From Schizochytrium sp. TIO01 (taxonomy: Eukaryota > Protista > Bigyra: Labyrinthulomycetes), in assembly GCA_004764695.1 (NCBI GenBank), contig SMSO01000032.1:1240001-1304000 (forward strand): DNA of 64,000 nucleotides, read 5' to 3'. The translations under genes and the position numbers were made by a program. The notes below the pieces were generated by a model. That model was not told where the DNA came from and did no database searches. It saw only the letters and a program-made list of their open reading frames with translations. Positions 56,539 through 64,000 of this stretch are shown here, piece after piece. How positions within the stretch are numbered: position 1 is the first letter of the stretch; the number at the start of each line of letters is the position of its first letter.

Positions 56539-58094
56539 CTTCTATTCGCGTGAACTGCCTTAAATTGGGTTGTTTGTATTCAAATTAATTAAATGAATTC
56601 CGAAGCCGCAATTCAGTCCAACGCCCTGTCGATCTCACGCAGCTTACGAAGGGGCTGCAACGTATGCTCACCTCAGAATCAATTTTGAGCTAGAGTTTAA
56701 ATGATGGGATCACAGCAAAATGTGTATCAAAAAACTTTGAACACGTGATTGGAGCCTGAGAGTGATATAGTTTATTGGACTTTATACGAGAACGCCTGGC
56801 TTCGAACCTCGTACAAACTACTGTAGCAATGTCCACGGGATAGAGCGTCGTGTTGAGTACTCTTCCCAGCCCTTGATGCCCCACCTTTGTTTCTGCCTCC
56901 TGCTGGCTAGCGTTTCTAGCTCGGCTCGTCCAAGTTAAGGTCCGTGCCGTGATCACGGACCGCAGCGCTGTTCTACTCTTGCGCCGCTAGAATAGCGGCA
57001 GAGCGGATCAAGCAGGGAAGTGAAGTATCTGTGCTCCCCGCGCGTATCTATACGCGCGGCAAGAAGCGAGGTCTGCCACGTTAGCGTTCTTCCTTTGCTC
57101 GATTGATTGCCCTCTTTTTCTTGATTTCTGTCTCGTTTTTATGTATATTTCTTTTCTTCGGCTTTTTTGATAAAAAATTTTTTGGTGTACTGTACAAATC
57201 AAATAGTTCACTTTGTTTCCAGGACAAAGTAGGTTATAGCCTCTGTAATGTATTTATGAAAACAATGATCTTCTTCCAGGGCCGGGTAGCGATTACTTCA
57301 GATGAGCGAGGTAGCTCGCAAGTGAGTGCGAGAGAGCTTTCAGTTGAGGACGAGGCGAGGGAGAGAGAGGTTCAGATGGATGGCATTTGATAGTGAGTTG
57401 TTTTACCTTTTGCGTTTGATTTGTCTTATTTGCTTCGGTTTGCTTCGACTGGGTTATTTTTTAGAGACCTGCTTTCAGGGTTCCTGGGTGCGCTGATATG
57501 AGCCACAGGGTGACTATTTTCTCTGTCAGATCAGTCAAAAAGAGGAAACATGAGCTGCTTCTTGATTATAGCGCGAAGAAGTCAAAAGTAGGATAGTAGG
57601 TACCTGACTACGTAACTCCAAGTTTGACTCGGAGTTATCGGCCTAGGATGTGTGACGTACTTGCGAATAGACGATTATGATAGCATGAGCCCTGAATCTT
57701 GCTCCTTTATTCTTATTTAAAAATTCTATCCCTCCTTTTTTTTTTTTTTTTTTTTTTTATAATTTGAAGTGTGATTGGCGCGTGCAAGTGAAAGGGACAA
57801 GAAGAAAAGAAGGAAACTCCATCTATTGGACAGATTAAAGAGTGCACAGTAAAGTCTCATGTAACCTAGCTCGATTTGCATCTGGGGCATGTCTTTACGA
57901 CCTGAGCGAGTGTCTGAGAGTTTCAACTTCAGCAGAGATTGCTATCGGCAGGATAATTCAACGAAATATATATATTTTTTCTTGCGACTAATTATGGGTA
58001 GGATTCAATAATGAAATAATCAAGCTCGTCATAGGAGTTGGAATCTGCCCAAGCCAGATAGATCACAGTATCGCAATGCAAAGATATATGATCT

Positions 58095-58128
58095 TTCCTT
58101 AAAGCACTAGATTCCTTAAAGCACTAGA
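58095..58128. repeat. Perfect 17-bp tandem duplication TTCCTTAAAGCACTAGA x2
   Basis: Copies at 58095-58111 and 58112-58128. Confidence 0.9.
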
Positions 58129-58129
58129 T

Positions 58130-58520
58130 AGATGCAAGATAGAACAGGCTTTTAATGAATGCTCATACTTATGAGCTTATCTTGTGATGCAAGTTTGATT
58201 GATACTTTTTTTAAATACATGACTTCTGATTGCTTTATAAAAATAACTGTATCACAAAAGCAAATAAGTTTAGCTTCATTTTATGCATGTATGAACATAT
58301 TTAACAGATTCCTTCAAACATTGTTCACGCCTGTAAAGATACGAAGGCAGCAAACTTTCTTAGTATCACATGGAGCATACCAACCCATTTTGTTCAACTA
58401 TTGCAAGTACATAAGTGCTAAGGTTGGAAAAAAGCTTTTTAAAAGTCTCTTTCGCATGCCATGCTGCTGGTGGTACCCTCAGAATTATTTCTGCTTCTTG
58501 AAATGCAACGAATAAAGAAA
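58130..58520 (-). pseudogene. Possible decayed DUF4116-like repeat gene fragment
   Basis: Broken frames give YVLAIVEQNGL/YAPCDTKK and AFVSLQA*/EQCLKESVKYVHTCIK, resembling the VLxAVxQNGxALxYAS repeat. Confidence 0.3.
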
Positions 58521-58656
58521 ATTCATCTATAATGCAATATCAACAACACAAATTGAAACGCAGTGTCTTCATAAGTTGGTGCACACAAGTAAACCTGCAG
58601 ATTTCGATTCGTGAAACAAAGTACCGCCGACTATAATAAAACAAAGAACTACTCCA

Positions 58657-61386
58657 TTAAGACTGCACTGCTCCAATCGACGATGCATGCGCAAGATGAG
58701 ATTTAGCAGAAGAGTTCTCCTTTGCAGATTGACTAGCACTGCGAATTGGCAGTGATTTCTCTGTGTGTAAAGACCCCGACTTCGAAGACGAATTAACATT
58801 TGGCTTGCTTGATTTAACAGGGGCATTATTTGCGCCATTAATCACAAGCGTTGAGGAGGACGAGCTCAAGCCCGCTCCGACCTGGTTTACAATAAGCTTC
58901 CCCGTCCCATCATTTACATTTGAGACTTGGGTTTTGCTTGATGGCTTGGATAGCTTCCCTGTATCGTCCCTTTTGCTCGTACTTTTTGCGGATTGCGGTC
59001 GAGATTGTAGTCGAGGTGCAGTTGTGTTTTCAAAAACCCGAGGCCTGGTTGGCGGGATTGTTGATGATTGGCCACCACTTCCTTTTTTTAACAAAACATT
59101 CTCGTTAGCCTTTGGGTTTTTAGCATTATTTCCGCAAGAGAGACAGCGACAAGATGATTTGCAATAGTCTCCGTTCGAGTAACAAATGCAGTACTTCTTT
59201 AGGCAAAGCGTGCGACGACAATTACAACCAACTTCAAGAGTACGAGCATCTTCAGTTTGCGAATATGTCCTACCTTGAACATGAAAGGCATATGGTTTCC
59301 GGCGAAGAATGCTTTCAAGGGCCAAAAGACGTTCACGAGCATATTCTGGCAAGTTGCGACAATCCTGGCAAGAACAGCAGTCACTGCAAGTCATACTTGC
59401 TGCAAAGCAGTCGCAATATAACTTGAGACAACGGGACTTGCGGCACGAGCAAAATAGCGAGCCTTTCGTCGTCGGCGCAGGCTTAGCATTTAAAAGTTTG
59501 AAGGCCTGACGCTGAATTGTCTTGGAGTCTAAACCAACATGCCAAGCGCCACCTGCATTTCGAGGTTTTCGCAAGTATCCCATATATCCAGCAGGAATGA
59601 GAATACCTCGGTTGTCTCGAACATATCCATCTGGAAGGCCACCGGTTTGACCTTCAGCAACTGCAATCTCATCTTCCCCTGAACCTTCGCCTGAACCTTC
59701 GCCATGGGCACTTTCATTGTCTGATTCTTCATGCAGAGACTGGTCATCGCTAATTCGCTCCAAAATTCGATTCTGTGCAGAGGTTTCCTGTGCTACATGC
59801 GTAGCTGATAAGCTTTTAGTATCATGAGCAGACTCAGATACTTCCATTGATGCATCTGAGTTGGCACCTCCACTATGCTCTTTGATCTGTGGATTCCATG
59901 CATTAGAAGGTCCTGCATCCGTTTTCTTTGCAACTTCGACATCACGGATGGTAGAGGATGTTGAAGAATTGAAAGCATGAGTCGATAGGTCGTGCGATGC
60001 ACTTTGGGAGGATGCCTCTGATGGATCCTTTGACATGGGTGGCGGGGTGGGAGGTAATGATGTCGACGAAGAGGAAGAACTTGCGGAGGCCAGCACCGCA
60101 GCCGCGGCTGCTCCAAGAACAGAGAATCCCGTATTTTTCTCACCTGTGCCATCCTGTACAGCAGGGGCACCCATGATCTTAATTGCACTGGGTTCTCCAA
60201 TTTCTTCTGTACTCGTCATGAGTAGTCCACTGTTCCTTGGTGTGAGGTCAAATCCTAAATCAGAACCATTGATACGGACTTGACCTTGTAGAACAGTTTT
60301 TTGTTCAGGGTTCGGCGAGTGTAGTTGTCGAGAGCTGAGATCTTTTAAAGTTTGTTGAGCCATCATCTCCCCAAAGGTTTGGTCACAGCTCTGATTATGG
60401 AGGCGCTCTTTCAAGGAACGAAGTTCGCGAAGACTGTGCTGGAGAAACGCCCAGTATTCCCGACCTTCACTTTCGATGCCTGCGATAGCATTCTGTAGAA
60501 TCTGATCCTCTCTATCCACGAAGGATGCCTTTGCGATTTCAGAAAACTCTGCTTCAAGCATCGTCACACGTGTCTGTCTCTTAAGAATGAGGGAATCCAA
60601 GTCGGCATCACTCATTGCTTTGATGATGCGATTTGTAGTACCATCTTTAAGTGACTCTGGTAACGGCGGGAGCACCACGCGCTTTTTCCTAGGTTGCTTA
60701 GCAAGACGACCCGAGCGGGATCGTTTGCCTCCGTTTTGGTTTTCTTCATGGGTGCCCGTCAAAATAGGTGATGATGGCAGGTCTGCCCGATCTGAAGGCG
60801 AGCTTACCTCTTGCGAAGCCGGGCTACTCGCAGGGAAGAATTCTGACGGCAATGATGCAGAGTTGGCACGAATCATCAGATTTGTAGAAAGAAAGTCAAC
60901 AATGCCCTGGGGATGTGAATCGTCGTCAAAAATGTCGTAATTCATATCCCTATGAGAGTCTTGTGCTTTCGCGGATTTCGTCCCGACCCGTTTCTTTTTT
61001 GCTGTTTGCTGCCTCGCTGAAGACGATTTATCATTCCCTAGACCATCTCCACCAAAGTCCACATCTTCCATCTCCTTCTTTGACCTGCTTGATCTGGGCC
61101 TCTTTGAAGAACGTCGAGCCTGGTTCTGAGCTGCTGTGCCCGTTCCGCTTTTTGAACCTTTGCCGTTCGGCCTAGCTGGTCTCGCGGAGCTCCTGAGTGC
61201 TCTTCTTTTCGAATTCGAGTTCGACGCTGGTTGTATGCTTTTCATAAGTGTCTTCTCAATCACATCTAAGAGGCTTTTGTCAATGCCCTGTCTGCTATCT
61301 GCCAGCTCCTCTGCGTGGTCTGCTTTGTTATCAACATCTCCGCTTGCCGCTTTGTTCCTGCGGCTCGCCGCACTGCGGGCCGTCAT
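58657..61386 (-). CDS. Tesmin/TSO1/LIN54-type CXC (CRC-domain) DNA-binding protein
   Basis: CSCRKSRCLKLYCDCFA...CSCQDCRN, hinge ILRRKPYAF, and second CXC GCNCRRTLCLKKYCICY...CRCLSCGN. Confidence 0.9.
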   Translation of the reverse strand: MTARSAASRRNKAASGDVDNKADHAEELADSRQGIDKSLLDVIEKTLMKSIQPASNSNSKRRALRSSARPARPNGKGSKSGTGTAAQNQARRSSKRPRSSRSKKEMEDVDFGGDGLGNDKSSSARQQTAKKKRVGTKSAKAQDSHRDMNYDIFDDDSHPQGIVDFLSTNLMIRANSASLPSEFFPASSPASQEVSSPSDRADLPSSPILTGTHEENQNGGKRSRSGRLAKQPRKKRVVLPPLPESLKDGTTNRIIKAMSDADLDSLILKRQTRVTMLEAEFSEIAKASFVDREDQILQNAIAGIESEGREYWAFLQHSLRELRSLKERLHNQSCDQTFGEMMAQQTLKDLSSRQLHSPNPEQKTVLQGQVRINGSDLGFDLTPRNSGLLMTSTEEIGEPSAIKIMGAPAVQDGTGEKNTGFSVLGAAAAAVLASASSSSSSTSLPPTPPPMSKDPSEASSQSASHDLSTHAFNSSTSSTIRDVEVAKKTDAGPSNAWNPQIKEHSGGANSDASMEVSESAHDTKSLSATHVAQETSAQNRILERISDDQSLHEESDNESAHGEGSGEGSGEDEIAVAEGQTGGLPDGYVRDNRGILIPAGYMGYLRKPRNAGGAWHVGLDSKTIQRQAFKLLNAKPAPTTKGSLFCSCRKSRCLKLYCDCFAASMTCSDCCSCQDCRNLPEYARERLLALESILRRKPYAFHVQGRTYSQTEDARTLEVGCNCRRTLCLKKYCICYSNGDYCKSSCRCLSCGNNAKNPKANENVLLKKGSGGQSSTIPPTRPRVFENTTAPRLQSRPQSAKSTSKRDDTGKLSKPSSKTQVSNVNDGTGKLIVNQVGAGLSSSSSTLVINGANNAPVKSSKPNVNSSSKSGSLHTEKSLPIRSASQSAKENSSAKSHLAHASSIGAVQS

Positions 61387-64000
61387 GCCAGCCTGCCAGA
61401 CCGCCCGGGTTCCAACCCCCAGGCCTCTACGCCGTCCTGGTCACGAGTCTCTTCACCCGCCCACGCAAGCCCACACGCGCTGTTGCCAGTCTTGGTCTTT
61501 GCTTGTTCCTCTCTTTCTGTCGCCTGTTTCTCTGTCTGTTTGTTTATCGTAGTAGCCCTACTAGTAGTTGTTCTCTCACCGCTTGGAAACTCCGCTTTTC
61601 TCCACAGAGATAGACAGATTAGATAGATACCTACTTACAAAGTCAGACAGGGCAGTAGTTAGACGGACCGGTGCTTCAGTCTGTCTGCCTGTCTGTCAGT
61701 CCACAATCGAAGATCGTTCGATCTACCTCAGCAGGTTCAGTGTCGCTCGCTTGCTCGAACGATCAAAGGATACAAAGCCCCAGACGACAATAAATACTAC
61801 ACAGCGAGGCAGCACGCACACGGATCACCACTTTGGATGGCAAGAGCAGTCAGTAGGTATCGCTTGATCGATCTCTACGTACCAAACTACGCAAGACCCT
61901 ATCTTGTATCCGACGGAAAGGAATATGGGTGAGGTGAGCGAGTCCCTAGCTAGTTAGGGAAAAAGAGACAAAGAGAAGAGAGCGACTCCTACACTTTCAG
62001 TTAGGCACCCTCTTACCCCTTGCCAGATGGGAACAAAAGGAGAGAAAGAACAGGCAGCCAAAACCGAGTGACAGCTGGGCCGGGAAACGGGACGAGGTCG
62101 GACTCCTCTGCTTGCCTAAGCCCGCTGGTGCTTCTCGAGACAGCTCGCTGCAAGGTCGCCGTGAGGTTACGACTGTGGCTGTGGTGCGCTCGCTGTATGT
62201 ACCCTGAAGCTCCTTCGTGTCGCCGCTCCCGCTCCCGTGCTTGGTGTCTAAAATGAAAGAGGCGCAGACACTGAGAGAGTCTTCAAAAGAAAGAGAGAGA
62301 GAAAAGAGACAAAGAAAGGGTAACGAAGACAAGAGAAGTAAGTGCCTACTAGGTGGGCACTAAGGCGCTCCTAAGAGAATCAACTAGCACCTCCTCAGGG
62401 AAAACGAACGAGTTTCTTCTTTCTTTCTTTCTTTTTTACTTTCTTTCTTTCTTTCTTTTTTTCTTTCTTCGCTCGTTTTCTTTGCGAATCCCCTCTCGAT
62501 CTTCGCCGCCTACGCACCGGCTTTGACCAGAGCTGGAGACGTCGAGACTGCGGAGCAGCCCTGATTCCTTCGCACTGCTGCTGCCCCTGGCACCTTGAGT
62601 TCCTGGCTCCACCTTAGTTCTCTTTGTTTGGTGCAGAGTTTGGTTGGTTTGTTTTCTTTTCTTTTCTGCTCAGTATTTGGTTCTCTCGGGAGAGGTTCTT
62701 TCCGGAGAAACAATTTCAAATAAATCTCCACAGAAACCCCGAACGCCTCTTTGTCCCTCTGAAGTTAGTTTCCCCGAGATCTCCTGATCAGATTTCAAAA
62801 GTTTGCACCTGAGCAAATCAAATCAAATCAAATCAAATCAGCCTGCAGGCAAGCCAAAGTCAAAGCCGGGGCCCAAGACGCCTGCGGCTGACCTTGAGGC
62901 ACGAAGTAGCAGCCGAGACTGGTGGCGTGACGACGGGTACCTCAGCGCCTGCTTGCGTGGCGCCGGTGTCCTCCTGGTCTGGCCTGGCCTCCTCCAGAAA
63001 CCTGCGAGCACAATCAGTTCGAAGTTTGTCAGTCTATCTTGTCTATCAGTTTCTTTGTTATCCTGGTTTTTCTCCCTTCCTTTTCTCTTAGTTTTCCTCT
63101 CCTTTCCTCTTAGAGTTTTTCTTTCTTTCCTTCTTTCTTTCTTTCTTTCTTATCTCTTTGTCTCCTTTTCTCTTAGAGTTCTTATTCTCTCTTTCTTTCT
63201 TTCTTGTCTGTGTTCCTCCTGCTTTCTCTTGAGTCCAGATTCGTGCAGAACGCGCTTTTTAGACGCCCTGAAGAGACGGAGACCGTCGCTCTGGCGATGA
63301 CCAAGCTGGCCACGAGAGAACGCCCTGAGGCCTGCCTCGAGAGAGCCCAGAGGAACGGAAGCCGGAGGGTCAGCGAGAGGAAGAGAAGGCGAGGCAGAAC
63401 TCCGCTTGCTTTGCTCGCTTCTTCTCCTCTGCCTTTCCTTGAGGGATTGATTTCAACCCCAAAAGAGTTTTATGATTGATTGATTGATTGATTGACTGAT
63501 TGATAAAACAAAGAGTTCTATGTAATCCAGCTGAGTAGGGAGGTACCTAGGACCTACTACTCGCCAGCTAGCTAGCCTTAGCCTATTTGGGGAGTATTGA
63601 AAGACAGAGAGAAAGAGGGATCGAAAGAAGGAGAAAGAGAGCACTCGATCTGTTTTGATCTTCCTTTGGTTTTTAGTGATTCTTTCTTCTCTTTTCTTCT
63701 CTTTTCTTTGCTTTTCTCACAAAACAGTGAAAAAGGGAAAAAAGGGAAAAAAGAAAAAAAAAGAAAGAAAGAAAAAGAGGGAATCAACAGGAAAAAGAAA
63801 AGAAAACCACCGTCGAGAGATTGCAAATCCTCCCGGTTCTGCGCCCTCCTGGCCCTCCCAAGCCGCCGCGAGCCTGAGCAGACGCGTGGAGGCGGGCCGG
63901 CAAGGGCCTCACTGGCCCTCTTCGAGGCCCTCTCTGAGGCCTGCCTGCTCGCCTCTCCGGCAGGCCACGCAGGCAGGAAGGAGACTATCAGCAAGCGGCG

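Noticed and set aside
57736-57758. T23 run as the poly(A) tail of a retroposed element
   Set aside because: No target-site duplication or recognisable SINE/LINE body; A/T runs are common here.

Overview
Eukaryotic nuclear DNA: gene-dense, intron-poor, with microsatellite-rich intergenic spacers. The style suggests a stramenopile protist, probably a thraustochytrid/labyrinthulomycete (inference). I can support 18 protein-coding genes: a secreted TIL-domain protein, class II HDAC, dephospho-CoA kinase (3 exons, one +1 frameshift), RanBPM/GID1-like SPRY-LisH-CTLH protein, TEY MAP kinase, CDF zinc transporter, membrane RING-H2 E3, TMEM115 (2 exons), mitochondrial GrpE, COA3-like microprotein (2 exons), CysRS, DDX24/Mak5, a motor-less kinesin-3-tail-like CaaX protein, YKT6, TBCA, LMBR1-domain protein, HERC-type E3 and a tesmin/LIN54-type CXC protein. 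I found no rRNA, tRNA or CRISPR. The most interesting item lies between HDAC and dephospho-CoA kinase (about 9.7-12.05 kb). It is a decayed virus/phage-like cassette: a long minus-strand ORF broken by stops and frameshifts that joins a phage-Dam-type N6-adenine methyltransferase to a possible nuclease region and NUMOD1-like DNA-binding modules, with a divergently oriented decayed partner ORF. Several other spacers also hold decayed coding relics. All family calls come from motif recognition by eye, not database searches.
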